A DNA stretch of 64,000 nt. Origin: Chiloscyllium plagiosum. Its lineage: Eukaryota. Below the pieces are notes generated by a model. That model worked only from the letters and a program-made list of their open reading frames with translations. It made no database searches and was not told the origin of the DNA. Where the stretch lies: positions 7,089,416 to 7,153,415 of the forward strand of contig NC_057749.1 of assembly GCF_004010195.1 (NCBI RefSeq), in the 5' to 3' direction. The position numbers were made by a program, and so were the translations under genes. Below are positions 12,345 to 24,810 of this stretch, one piece after another (position 1 is the first letter of the stretch; each line of letters begins with the position of its first letter).

Positions 12345-13105
12345 AATCATAAGATCTCTAAAGTGCAGAAAAAGGCCATTTGGCCCATAGAGTCTGCCCC
12401 AACCCTCTGAAAAGCATCCCACCTAGACCCACCCCATCTTCATAGTTCCGTACCTATCACAACTAACCCATCTAAACCTGCACAACTCTGAACACCATGG
12501 GCCTGTTTAGCATGGCCAATCCACCTAACCTGTACATCTTTTCCCCGGAGCATCTGAGGCTGAGGGGTGACCTTATAGAGGTTTATAAAATCATAAGGGG
12601 CATGGATAGGATAAATAGGCAAAGTCTTTTCCCTGGGGTGGAAGAGTCCTGAACTAGAGGGCATAGGTTTAGGGTGAGAGGGGAAAGATGCAAAAGAGAC
12701 CTAAGCGGCAACTTTTTCAGGCAGAGGGTGGTACATGTATGGACTGAGCTGCCAGAGGAAGTGGTGGAGGCTGGTACAATTACAACATTGAAAAGGCACC
12801 TGGATGGGTATAGGAATAGGAATGTCTTGGAGGGATATAGGCTGGGTGCTGGCAGGCGGTACTGGATTGGGTTGGGACATCTGGTCGGCATGGATGGGTT
12901 GGACCAAAGGGTCTGTTTCAGTGCTATACATCTCTATGACTCTATGACTCTATCTTTGGACTGTGGGAGGCAACTGGAACACCCAGAGGACAGACACACA
13001 GACACACAGGGAGAATGTGTAAACTCCACTCAGATAGACACCTGAATGGGATTAAACCTAGGTCCTTAGCGCTGTGAGACAGCAGTGCTAACCACTGAAC
13101 GACCT
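12345..13105 (-). mobile_element. HE1 V-SINE split by a plus-strand CR1 insertion
   Basis: SINE reads ...tgtacatctt | ...ctttggactgtggga on either side of the insert. Confidence 0.85.
12542..12951 (+). mobile_element. HER1/CR1 3' fragment, well preserved
   Basis: RGERCKRDLSGNFFRQRVVHVWTELPEEVVEAG; ctatgact tail; atcttt at both junctions. Confidence 0.9.
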
Positions 13106-13199
13106 TGTTGCCATAGATTGGAATGAGAAGTTGTGAATCCATTGCCCTAGTCTTGAGTTAAATAAGATCATATGAAGAAGTTCCTTCAGCCAAGTAATC

Positions 13200-13590
13200 T
13201 TCAAGAGAGTTCTGCATAGGTAGGTTAGAAAAGTTGGGGAGGAAATTGAGAGGAGATTTGATACAGTTATTCAAAATGCATTCTCCCAAATGGGTCTGTG
13301 TCGAGTATAAATTGCTTAGCAATGGTGGGAGGATCCAGAACAAGAGAGCACAGATTTAAACTAACTGCCTAAAGTAGCAATGGAGATACAAGGAGAATTT
13401 TATCTCACACAACGAGTAACTTGGGATCTGCAATGTACTGCCTGAGACTGTGGTGCAGACAGGTTCAATTGAGTCATTCACAGGGAAATTGGCCTATTAT
13501 CTGAAAAGGAAGAACACGCATGGTTATAGGGAGAACGCGAGGGATCGGGTTAAATGAATTCATCCTTTAGCGAGCCAGGATAGAAATGAT
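13200..13590 (+). mobile_element. Old CR1 3' fragment
   Basis: aggagatttgatacagttattcaaaat...ctgcctgagactgtggtg. Confidence 0.7.
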
Positions 13591-14847
13591 GGAATAATTA
13601 AACATTGGAACTTGCAACTAAGACCTGGCTTTACTCTAGGGAATAACATTCTTGTCACCTTCCGGTGTTCCCAAAAATCCCAAGAAGCAAGCAAAAGTTA
13701 CTTACTTACATATTCAACACACCTGCAATTTCATTCGGGAGCTAAAGCCTAAAAAGAAGGTTGCATGTGGATCTGTAACTCGTTGAAAAGAATGGCTATG
13801 TCATTTCTGAATTGTGGTGACAGGAAAGTACATGAGGAGTAGAAAATCTCAAACTCTCTTCTTGACAAAGCTATGGAAAATGAGACCAAACTGATGAGCA
13901 CTACACAAAGATAGGAAATGCTGGAGAACCTCGATAGCCTAGTAGAGTTAAAGAACAGACCATGATTCAAGTGAATGATGCAGTAGGCTTGAGGGGCTGA
14001 ATGGTCTCATCCAATTCTAATGTCCCGAACTGAGCTAAGCTAGCAGAGTAGAAAGCATTGCTGCAGGGGATTTAAACTCCCACTAAAGGAAGTTCGATTG
14101 AATTCTGTGTAGATCTGAAGTGAAGCAGCACTTGCAGCTGAAACCACTCAGCCAAGGTAGTGCCAGTGGAGTGAATCTGATTAAAAAATAGATTCGAAGA
14201 AAATCTACAGCTTCTTTGAACTTCAGCCTCAGTGAAGTGTTCTGGGACATCTTACTGTGCTAAAGACACTGAATCCATGCAAAATGTTGCATTGTATTGA
14301 TCCCTCTGCTTATAAGAAATGGCTAATGTTTCTTTAAGGCAACACGAGAGGCCAAACTAAACAAGAGCTGAACTATTCAGGAATCCGAGAATGCTTGAAT
14401 CACTGTGTTTAGATAAACACTGGCCTTGAGCAATGCAGAAGCTCGCAAAGATGAGTAATGTCACGAGCAGTCAAGTGAAGACTGGATCTTCCTGTGAGCA
14501 GTACAATTACATCGAACTTTTCTTTTAATTCATTCATGTGGATGTGAGTATCACTGGCTAGACTGGCATTTACTGCCCTGGAACTGAACGGCTCACTAAA
14601 CTATTCCAGGGGGCTTCTGAGAATCAACTCCGTTGCTGTCGGCCTGCAGTCACATGTGGACCAGACCAGACAAAGAGTCATGGATTCCCTTCTCCAAAGG
14701 AAATCAGTGAACAAATTAGTTACTTCCAACAATTGACATTTTTTTCCAGATTTTTATTGAATTCAGATTTCCACATCCGCCATGATAGGATTCATACCCA
14801 CTTCTCAGCTCTGATGAAGAGTCATTTAATCTTAAAATATTGGCTTG

Positions 14848-14888
<41 letters not shown>

Positions 14889-14939
14889 CTGTCTGAACCA
14901 CTGTGATTTCCAGCATTTGTTATTTTCCCCAGATTATTA

Positions 14940-15144
14940 CATTCAGTAGCATTTGTGGAGAGAAATCAGAGTTAACGTTTCGAGTCTAGTGACCCTTCCT
15001 CAGACCACAAGTTCTGAGGAAGGGTCACTGGTCCTGAAATGTCAACTCTGATTTCTCTCCACAGATACTTCTAGACCTGCTGAGGTTTTTCAACAATTTC
15101 TGTTTCTCTTTCTGATTTACAGCATCCGCAGTTCTTTCGGTATT
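14940..15144. mobile_element. PLE family B head-to-head inverted pair with TSD
   Basis: ttttccccagattatta at 14923-14939 and 15145-15161; arms 14948-15004 (-) and 15012-15068 (+). Confidence 0.85.
14968..15006 (-). ncRNA. Minimal hammerhead ribozyme core (family B)
   Basis: CUGAGGA-A-GGGUC-acua-GACUC-GAAA-CG-UU-aacuc. Confidence 0.7.
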
Positions 15145-15186
15145 TTTTCCCCAGATTATTAATTAACCTGGGTCTCTAGATTACTA

Positions 15187-15381
15187 GTGTTGAATGTGTG
15201 TTGCTGGAAAAGCACAGCAGGTCAGGCAGCATCCGAGGAGCAGGAAAATTGATGTTTCGGGCCGGAGCCCTTCATCAGGAACGTCGATTCTCCTGCTCCT
15301 CGGATGCTGCCTGACCTGCTGTGCTTTTCCAGCAACACACTCACAACTCTGATCTCCAGCAACTGCAGACCTCACTGTCCC
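15187..15381. mobile_element. PLE family A inverted pair
   Basis: Minus arm has cctgatgaagggctccggcccgaaacatc; plus arm starts aacgtcgattc; gattacta at both flanks. Confidence 0.85.
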
Positions 15382-15809
15382 TCCGGATTACTAACCAAGT
15401 GACATTACCATTACATCACAGCATCCCGTTTTGCAAAAGAAAATTCAACCTGTTATTTCCCTGTTGAAACATTTTCCTCACCCTTCTTATACCCAGTGGA
15501 TAAATATTGTTATGAGTAATTTGAATATAGGGTCAAAGCAGGACTTTAGAGCCAGAAAGATTTTGACAATTGAAGACAGAGGAGCACAAACAAATGAGGT
15601 ATGGGAGGGATGAAGATATTTGGAGAAGAGACATAGCATGCGGCTGCAAGTGAAGACTTCAAAATCAAAAAGCAACTGTGAACCTGAAGGAGGATGCAAG
15701 TTAATCAGAGAGAAAGTTAAGGAGCAGCAAAAATAGAGTTAAAATAACAATAGCAAAGAAGAATGAAAGATACAAAGGGCAAGAGATGCAACGTGAGAAT
15801 GCAGCAAGG

Positions 15810-16300
15810 AACAAAAAGACATTTTAATTAGTCACGGCTTTCAATGCAAGAGTGAGGAGATTACAATGGAGCTGTAGACGACATTAGTTAGTCCACAGCT
15901 CGAGTACTATGTGCGGTTCTGGTCACCACACTGTATGAAGGCTGTGATAGCACTGGAGCGGGTGCAGAGGTGATAAACCAGGATGTTGCCTGGACTGGAG
16001 GGATTCAGTTATGAAGACAGACTAGACAGGCTGGGGTTGTTCTCCTTCGAACAGAGAAAGCTGACTGAGGTGCACAAGCTTATGAGTGACATGGGTAGAG
16101 TAGATAGGGAGAAACTTCCCTTAGCAGAGGGGTCTGTAACCAGGCGGCACAGTTTTATGGTAAGGAGTAAGACGTTTAGAGGGGATGTGAGGAAAAATTA
16201 CATCCAGATCTGGAACTCATACTGTAACGGGATTAGAGGCAGCAAATTTCTCAAGGCATTGATGACGTATTTAGATGAGCACTTGGAAAGCCATGGCACA
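15810..16300 (+). mobile_element. CR1 ORF2 C-terminal fragment
   Basis: MLPGLEGFSYEDRLDRLGLFSFEQRKL. Confidence 0.85.
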
Positions 16301-17282
16301 TGGGTACTTCATTGTTCTCCACAGATGCTGCCAGACCTGCTGAGTGTCTCCAGCAATTTCTGTTTGGCTTTCAGAATTCCAACGTCCACAGTTCCAGTAA
16401 TGCACTGAACTACTAGGTACAGAGTAGGGTACCTATTTAGACAGATTCCACTTTCCAGCATTTGGCCATAGCCCTGAAGGTTATGACATTTCAAGTGCTC
16501 ATCCACGGACTTTTTAAAGGCCATGCAGTGTTTGCATTTCAATAGACTACCCTCACCTCATCAAACTCCACATCTTGCCTTGAGCAAGTGTCATCTTTGC
16601 TCTGATGAACCAACAGGCAATTGGAAAATCTAGCCTATTGCTTGGAGTCAGCACTTTGATTGTTGAGGGCGGGGTGATGTGAGGCAAAATGGAGACGGGT
16701 CTTTACCTCCAATGATTGAAACAATGACCAAAACATTTTCTTGAAATGGGCAAGGCTCTGTCAGGAGGTTAAAGCTGTAAATCTTGTACCTATACCAGAT
16801 TAAGTCCACTGTAGGAACCAGTGGGGGCTCCAGTAAAACCGCTGATGCATTCACTGAGATGATTTCCACTGTCACTGATCAGAGCGAGGAATAGTGAGAT
16901 GGTTTTGTGAATTGCATTCGAGGTACTGCGGGTGTGAAGGTGAGAAGTGAACAAAATAAAACATTTATACAATAAAAAGGCTGATTTCCCGAGGAATATT
17001 TCATAGATTTTTCCACCTTCTAATTCGAATTCTAAGGTCAGAATACTGGCACTAGACAGAGGAGAAAATATTGTTTGAACTTGCTGTGAGTGACTTTAAA
17101 GACATTTAGAATTTCACCATATATAGCCTGTCAGAACTCAAGCTGAATTTTTTTCTCTTTTTTTTGTGTTCTGTCTATAAGCATTATTCAGGTACATCAC
17201 CTCTCTGAACCTGCAGGCTTTTGAGTGCTTTCATATTTCACACTAGAGGATTGGTCCAAAGCTTAGCCACACAACAATGATT

Positions 17283-17381
17283 GTTGCCATAGGGACGGGG
17301 AAGAGTTTTCATCTGTTGCTATGGTTCTCTGTGGCTTCCTGCAAGGGGCATCTGCTCGCAAACTAAGGTTGCCATGGAGAT
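17283..17381. promoter_or_regulatory. Cluster of RFX X-box-like motifs
   Basis: gttgccatagggac 17283-17296, gttgctatggttct 17315-17328, gttgccatggagat 17368-17381 in unique DNA. Confidence 0.4.
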
Positions 17382-17857
17382 GTGAAGCACACAAATTTAT
17401 TTTTGAATCAGTACCAATAAAGCCACGTAAACAGCATAATTTGGAAAATCAGACTCTAGGGGAGAGCTTATTGTGGGCGACATCTTAGAAAGGACGGCGT
17501 TAAAGGAGGCCATTCAGCCCACTACATTTGTGAGGGTCAAGTGGTAAGATGGGAGCTTCAAATATTCCTTTGTCCCTGAATTAAGCCGCTGACTCCCATG
17601 GGGGCTGGAATACAAAGGTGTGGAAGTCACTACTCCAGCTGGATAAAACTCCATTGAGACAGCATCTGGAATAATGTATTTCATTCTGGCCAAACACCTC
17701 AGACTGACCCTAGCACAGTTGCTATGCAGCTGCACCAGAGTAATATCAGGTCTCTAAGAGCTGAAATTTGCGAACAAAGATTGACTGATACTCATAAGGG
17801 TTTTAAAGGATAGAAGACAAGGCAAGGTAATCAAGTTACAACTCCCTTTAGTTTGAA

Positions 17858-18555
17858 ATGGTGTAGTGGTCATATACATTGAACTGGCAATGTAACAGCC
17901 CAAGCTACTTCTGTGGGCCTATGGGTTTAAATCACATTGCCCCACCAAGGTGGTGGTGGCCTTGTGGTATTGTTGCTGGACTGTTAATCCAGCGACCCAG
18001 GTCATGTTCTTGGGGACGTGGGTTTGAATCCTGCTATGGTGGAATTTGAATTCAACAAAAATCTGGAATTAAGAGTCTGATGATGTCCATGAATTGATTA
18101 TTGGAAAGACCCACCTGATTTACTAATGCCCTTTAGGTTAGGAAACTGTCATTTTGACCTACATCTGACCCACAGCAATGTGGTGACTCTTATCTGCCCT
18201 CTGGGCAGTTAGGGGTTGGCCTAGCCAGCGATGCCCTCATCCCATTAAAGAATGTTTAAAAAGACAACTACTAGAATTTGAATTAGATCAATAAATTTGG
18301 AATTAAAAGCTAATCTCAGTGATTGTGACCACAGACGGATGACTCTTTGTTATTACTGTGCACGAGTTCACTAATATCCATTAGAAAATAAAATCTGGTC
18401 TTCATATATGGTAGGTCTACATCTGACTCCAGAACCATAGGTTGACTCTTAACTGTTCTTTGAAATGGCTGAGAGAGCCACTCAGTTCAAGGCCATTAGG
18501 CATGGGTAACAAATATTGAATTGCTCAGTGACACCCACATCCCACAGAAGAATAA
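17858..18555 (+). mobile_element. SINE family 2 with a second family-2 copy (~17948-18262) nested inside
   Basis: Head at 17858-17940, complete copy, then body and tail resume at 18270. Confidence 0.7.
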
Positions 18556-18852
18556 AGGAGAAATAGATACAGTTCAGCATGATCTAAGTGAATGGCTGAA
18601 TAGGTTATGCCTGTCCCAATGGACTCACCAACTTTAAGTAGCTCAATGAGCAGCTCCCTTAAAGGAGGAGGTTCAAGCCTCAGTCTAAATGGCCAATCAA
18701 CTCTCTGATCAACAAAAATTTTTGAACACTTTGGTTTCTATTCACCAACTTTGTACCTTCAGAGTATTTGTCGTTCAAGTGAATAGCTGAGCGAGCTTGA
18801 AAGAAGAGGTTGATTTGAGAGGTGGCTTACTGGCAAGACTAAGCATGCAGCT

Positions 18853-19931
18853 ATAGGAGAATATTGCCCTCCATTCCCCGATGGAATTAACATAAGATGG
18901 AGAAATAAAATTGGAAGATGAAAGAAAGATACCTATTGAAATAACGGCACAGAGGCCTGTGTCCTGTCACCAAGTCACCCTTTATTTACCAGTTAGCTCA
19001 GAGCCAGTAACTAGAGTGAGGAGACTCTCTGAATCCATTGTTTATATCTGTCAGCCAGGGCTCCCTGACTGGCCCATGTTAATAACCCTAATCAAGGATT
19101 TCATACTCAATGAGATCAACCTGGTCCGCATTGCCATCACTGCAGTTATTATATCGACGAACCTCAAAGGTGTGAGATATTGGGATGATATGTCCTCTGA
19201 CCTTTAATTCCATGGACACAGCAAATGATATTCTATTGTGAATTCACCTTCACCTTCATTATCTGGGCTATTCAGTGGATAACTGTGCAGAATTAATTCC
19301 TCCTGGTTATAGTAAAATTAAGGCCAGGCAGAGAAAGATAACACCTCATCCAGTTTCAGAGAAGTATCACGACACTCAATGTACATTTCAGCTCACTGTC
19401 TGCCAGTAATTCCCGAGAGAATGTTCATGACCAAAAAAAACCTAATAAATCCAAAATATTAAAAGGAGAGAAGTACAGGTCAATAACCATAAGACAAATA
19501 TATTAAAACAATGGGCTCTTCACAACCTTGCCATTGGCACTGTCCTCGAGCTGAAGGAAGATTTGCTTGACATTTTCAAGCCAGACAATAGTTAGACATA
19601 ATATAAACAAAAACCAACAACAGGCTGAACGCTCATCTCAGTAGGGTCAGTTTGAAACATTAGTCTCTGTAGCTCGCCCAGGCCTTACATGTCTGTGTTT
19701 TCTGAACATAGAAACTGGTAAGGCCACCCATCCAGCCTGTTCCAGTATTCTGTCAGATCAAGGGATCACTCTAGGGACTGGCTCTGACCTAACTGGTAAA
19801 TAAAGGGTGACTTGGTAACATGACACAGGCATCTGTGCAGTTATTTCAGTAGCTATCTTTCTTTCATCTTCCAAATTTTTTCTCCATTTTATGTTAATTC
19901 CATTGGGGAATGGAGGGAAATATTCTCCTAT
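18853..19931. repeat. ~166-bp inverted repeat (18853-19019 / 19766-19931)
   Basis: ataggagaatatt(g/t)ccctccattcccc...ctagagtga present in both orientations. Confidence 0.9.
18933..19143 (-). mobile_element. Short solo-LTR-like element
   Basis: RC tgcagtgat...aataaagggtgacttgg...ttcaata; same family as 9312. Confidence 0.6.
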
Positions 19932-20009
19932 GATCTGTATCTAATTGAGAAAGAGAGATGGAGTTCAACCAGTCTTTGTGTGAGTAAGCAATTCCTGATC
20001 TTTTGTTTC

Positions 20010-20375
20010 TGGAATGTGGGCATTATTGACCATGCCAGCAACTGTTGCTTATCCCTAATTGCCCCTGAACTGAGTGGCTCGGTAGGACCATTACAGAAGG
20101 CTGTTAAAAGTCACTACGTTGCTATGGCTCGGGAGTTTCATGCAAACTAGACCTGGTCAGGATATCAGGTTCCCCTCCAAAAAACACATCAATGAACCAG
20201 CTGGGATTTTATACCAAAAGATAACATTTGTCAAAGTCACCATTACATTCCAGATTCTATTAGTCAAATGCAAATTCCACCAGTTTCCATGGTGCAATTT
20301 GAAAACTTGCACTCAGAGTTCTGAACCCATTCCGCTGAATTATTATTCCAGTAACAATATCATGATGCCACCATC
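20010..20375 (-). mobile_element. SINE family 2, decayed
   Basis: atgtgggc...ccctaattgcccctgaactgagtggc...aaattccaccag. Confidence 0.65.
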
Positions 20376-20389
20376 TCCTCCATCATCCT

Positions 20390-20727
20390 TGAATGGTCTC
20401 GCTGTAAGGTGTCTTTTCCCAAATGTGGGGAATTTCAAGATGAGGAGGCATATTTTCATGTAAAAGGAGAAAGATTTAAAAAAGACATGAGGGGTGACTT
20501 TTTTAACAGTGAGTGGTTCGTGTTTGGAATGAACATCCAGAGGAAATGGAGGATGTTGGTATAGTTGCAATGTTTAAGTGGTATTTGGATAAGTTTGTGA
20601 ATAAAAAATGTTTGGAGTGATTTGGGCCAAGCGCAAGTCCAGTTTAGTTTGGGATTATGGTCGGCATGGACTGGTTGGACCGAAGGGTCTATTTCTGTGC
20701 TGTGTGACTCTATGACTTTATGACTCG
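20390..20727 (+). mobile_element. HER1/CR1 3' fragment
   Basis: ggtgtcttttccc...tgactctatgactttatgactc tail. Confidence 0.85.
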
Positions 20728-21355
20728 AATTCTAAGCTCATGGCCTTTGATCTGGAGTTTTCCACCTGAAGAAGCAATTTATCTCAATCCACCAGACTGA
20801 ATGCTTTAATCATCTTACACACCTCAATTGCATTACCCTTCATCTTCTGAACTCAAGGGTATACAAGCCTAGTCTGTAACTTGTCCTTGTAATTGAATGC
20901 TTTTAGCTCAGCTATGATACAAAATTGGAAGCACAATGGGATTTTAGCCTCAAGAGTAATTGTGTGTGAGATGATCTTATGGAAGTATGTAAAACTTGAA
21001 TTAATATTTAACAAGATAAAGCAGCAAAATCTTTAAATTTTAGGCAGATAATGGATCAAAAAGTCACCTTACAGGCAACTAATATCAGCATGTTCTTTCG
21101 CAGAGGATGATCAACATATTGAATAGATTCCCAGCTTTAGTGGAGACTAACAGCATGAAAACATTAAAGCACCAAATAGATACAACAATGTAGAGAGTTT
21201 AGGGTCATTCTGGATGAATGGGCTAAAATAGGATGACTATCTTTCCTTAATTGTAATTATCTTTTCTTTTGGATTGCAATAGAGTATACTATAGTAAATT
21301 AATTCCAAATGCATGACTTCATCATCTTTCTCGACGTAAAGGGGAACATGTTTCT

Positions 21356-21430
21356 GAAGATTTCCATCTTACCGTCATCAGGACAAATGCAAGAATGCCA
21401 ATTTTCATGATATCTCAACAATTTACATAA
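21356..21430 (-). mobile_element. PLE family C arm with decayed hammerhead
   Basis: RC ggcattcttgcatttgtcCTGATGAcggtaagatgGAAAtcttc; inverted partner at 23735-23790. Confidence 0.55.
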
Positions 21431-21706
21431 TTAGATTTGACTTAATGATGGCTGAACAATCGCGAGTGTGCTGTTATGTACACTAACAATCAATTTATTA
21501 TATCTGTTAACCTCGTAACATGGCTCACTTAAGAAGTGACGCATGCTCACAAACAGGGATCTGCTCTCTGCAACCAAAAATAATATGTTCAGGCTTCATA
21601 ACTTTTGTGAATTACACAGAAACGTAGGCAGCCTATAGTTCCCTGTCACTTCCTCCATGTCAAGGCCTTGACCAATCAGAGTCTGTTCTCCAACAAATCA
21701 ATGTCA

Positions 21707-23697
21707 AAGAACAAATAACAAAGAAATTTACAGCTCCGGAACAGCCTTTCAGCCCTCAAAGCCTGAGCCGATCCAAATCTACTGTCTAAACCTGTCGCCT
21801 ACTTCCTAAGCATCTGTATCCCTCTACTCCCCACCTACTCATGCATTTATCCAGACGCATCTTAAAGGGATCTACCATGCCTGCCTCAACTACCTCTGCT
21901 GGCAACGCGTTCCAGATGCCCACCACCCTCTGTGTGAAGTACTTGCCGCGTGTATCCCCCTTAAACCTTCCACCTCTCACCTTGAAGGTGTGACCTCTCA
22001 TCATTGAATCCTTCACCCTGGGAAAAAGCTTGTCTCTATCCACTCTGTCTATACTCTTCAAGATTTTGTAGACCTCATTCAGGTCCCTCCTCAATGTCCT
22101 TTTCTCTAATGAAAATAAACCTAACCTACTCAACCTTTCTTCAGAGCTAGCACCTGCCATACCAGGCAACATCCTCATAAACCTTCTCTGCACCCCCTCC
22201 AAAGCGTCCACATCCTTTTGGTAATGTGGCAACCAGAACTATATACAGTATTCTCAAATGTGGCCGGACCAATGTCTTGTACAATGTTAACATAACTTTC
22301 CAGCTCTTATACTCAATACCCCATCCAACGAAGGCAAGCATACTATATGCCCTCTTGACCACTCTATCCACCTGTGCAGCAACCTTCAGGGTACAATGGA
22401 CCTGCACTCCCAGATCTCTCTGCCCATCAACTTTTCCCAAGGGTCTTCCGTTCATTGTATCATTCGCTCTAGAATTAGTCTTGCCTAAATACATCATCTC
22501 ACATTTGTCCGGATTGAAATCCATCTGCCACTTTTCCGCCCAACTCTCCAGTCTATCTATATCCTCCTGTATTCTTTGGCAGTCCCTTCTGCTTTCTGCT
22601 ACTCCACCAATCTTTGTGTCATCTGCAAACTTGCTGGTCATACCAACAGTGCCCTCTTCCAGATCATTTATGTATACATTACAAACAACAGTGACCCCAA
22701 CACTGACCCCTGTGGAACACCACTGGTCACCTTTCTCCATTTCAAGAAACTCCCTTGTGGGTGGCACGGTGGCACAGTGGTTAGCATTGCTGCCTCACAG
22801 CGCCAGAGACCCGGGTTCAATTCCTGCCTCAGGCGACAGACTGTGTGGAGTTGCACATTCTCCCCGTGTCTGCGTGGGTTTCCTCCGGGTGCTCCGGTTT
22901 CCTCCCACTGTCCAAAAATGTGCAGGTCAGGTGAATTGGCCATGCTAAATTGCCCGTAGTGTTAGGTGCAGGAGTAAATGTAGAGGAATGGGTCTGGGTG
23001 GGTTGCGCTTCGGCAGGTCGGTGTGGACTTGTTGGGCCAAAGGGCCTGTTTTCACCCTGTAAGTAATCTAATCTAATCAATTACTACTCCCTGCCTCCTG
23101 TTGCTCAACCAGTTCTTTATCCACCTAGCTAGAACACCCTGCATACCATATGACTTCACTTTCTCCATTAGTCTATCATGGGGAACTTTATCAAATGCCT
23201 TACCAAAGACTATGTATATGACATCAACAGCCCTTCCTTCATCTATCAACTTGGTCACTTCCTCAAAGAACTCTATTAAGTTGGTAAGGCACGATCTGCC
23301 CCGCACAAAACCATATTGCCTATCACTGATAAGTCCATTCTTTTATAAATATATATATATATATATATATACATATATCCTATCCCTCAGTACCTTCTCC
23401 AGCAACTTTCCCACCACTGACGTCAGGCTCACTGGTCTGTAGTTACCCAGAATATTCCTACTACCCTTTTTGTACAACATGAGCAACCCTCCAGTCCTCT
23501 GGCACCTCACCTGTGTTTAAGGATGCCACAAAGATATCTGTCAGGGCCCCAACTATTTCCTCTCTCACCTCCCTCAGTAACCTGGGATAGATCCCATCCG
23601 GTCCTGGGGATTTGTCCACCTTAATAACCTCTAGCCTACCTGACACATCTTCCCTACTTATGTCAACTTGATCCAGACTAATCAAACTTCTATCTCT
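21707..23697 (-). pseudogene. 5'-truncated CR1/HER1 LINE with frameshifted reverse transcriptase
   Basis: KSPGPDGIYPRLLRE, RGRSCLTNLIEFFEEVT..KAFDKVPH, SGVPQGSVLG, YINDL..KFADDTK, FTQRVVGIWNALP; 7-bp TSD aatgtca at 21700-21706 and 23698-23704. Confidence 0.95.
22760..23078 (+). mobile_element. HE1 V-SINE inserted in the CR1 RT region
   Basis: Near-consensus head, V-domain and aatct tail. Confidence 0.95.
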
Positions 23698-23734
23698 AAT
23701 GTCATCTCTTCTTGTAGTGTAGACGGTAATTGAC

Positions 23735-23790
23735 AGAAATTTGTCATTCTCATATTTGTCCTGATGAGTGCAGGATAGAAAGCTTCAGCA
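23735..23790 (+). mobile_element. PLE family C arm with hammerhead-like core
   Basis: tttgtcCTGATGAgtgcaggataGAAAgcttc. Confidence 0.55.
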
Positions 23791-24049
23791 ATACGGTTGC
23801 TCTGATATAACACGGGATTCATTAGCACAAATTCACTGTTGTAAGATTGATAAATTGGGGACACTATTTCTAAAGCATGAACCTTTAAAACGTGTGTTGG
23901 TTGCAATGCAATTATGTCACCAACACTTTAAGTGCTGTGCTAAAGTGCTACTTTTCTATAAAACGGGGTTGCAGAAGAATGCAACCAACGCGTTACAGAA
24001 CAATTACCTCCATGTCTTTCTTTTCAGTTGTGTTCAATGTTATTTATTT

Positions 24050-24262
24050 ATCCATTCATTCATGGCATTTGATGATTGCTAACAAGACCAGCATTTATTG
24101 TCCATTTCTAACTGTCCTTGAGAAGGTGGTATGGGCTGACATTTTGAGTTGCTGCAGGCTGTGTGTCATCCAGAAATACCCTCAGTGCTGTCAGGGAGAA
24201 CACACTAGGGGTCATTGACTCAGCAACAGTGAAGGAACAATGATAAAATTCCAGGTCAGGGT
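24050..24262 (-). mobile_element. CR1 family 2 3' tail
   Basis: ccagcatttattgtcc...cttgagaaggtggt...cagtgaaggaac; plus-strand copy at ~24930-25225. Confidence 0.7.
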
Positions 24263-24604
24263 TACGTCAAAAATATTGGGTTATTTGGCCACCAAAGCAC
24301 TTCAGAAAACCAGAGACAGAAAATCATCCCATCTGTTGGCTTTTTGCAGTGATCTGCAGCTTTACTGAATAACTGGAATCCCGACTGGTGTTGTGGGAGA
24401 GGTGTACTAATGAAACTGGTGGTGAGTTGAGGAATACAATGGTGAACTGCTCAACAGCCTCGAGGCCAGCAGATCAGCTCAGAATCACGTGGTCCATAGA
24501 AGCATTACATCAGAAACTGACAGAGGAAAACAGAGGCTGCGTCAATGTTCAGATCACGACTGCTCTCTCTGACAGACCACTGCATAAGGCGCTGAACACT
24601 TTGA

Positions 24605-24810
24605 AAGAATGACTTGCATTTTTATGGCACTTTTCACAACCAGCAGACAGTGCCAAATGTTTTCTGGTTAATTAAATATCTTTGAAATGCTGCCCTTTCC
24701 GAGAATGTAGGAAACATGGTCGCCAGTTTGCACATAGCACTGACCAGATTATGCATTCAATTTTGTTGGGATTGAGGGATGAATATTGACCAGGGCTGGA
24801 GATAAACCAT
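24605..24810 (-). mobile_element. Deu-domain SINE (SacSINE1-like) 3' part
   Basis: gacttgcattt...aatgtaggaaac...gagggatgaatattgacc. Confidence 0.65.

Larger units (their letters stand above)
14525..15428 (-). mobile_element. SINE family 2 host carrying three nested PLE insertions
   Basis: SINE pieces at 14525-14800, 15150-15186 and 15382-15428 alternate with PLE fragments. Confidence 0.7.

Noticed and set aside
13710..13748. Minus-strand exon candidate with gtaagt donor
   Set aside because: Stops in all three frames from the best acceptor
16790..16874. Minus-strand exon candidate
   Set aside because: Weak, ambiguous donors (gtacaa or gtatag), two possible frames, no recognisable peptide
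21707..23697. Active or domesticated reverse transcriptase
   Set aside because: 5'-truncated, frameshifted, and interrupted by a SINE and (TA)n
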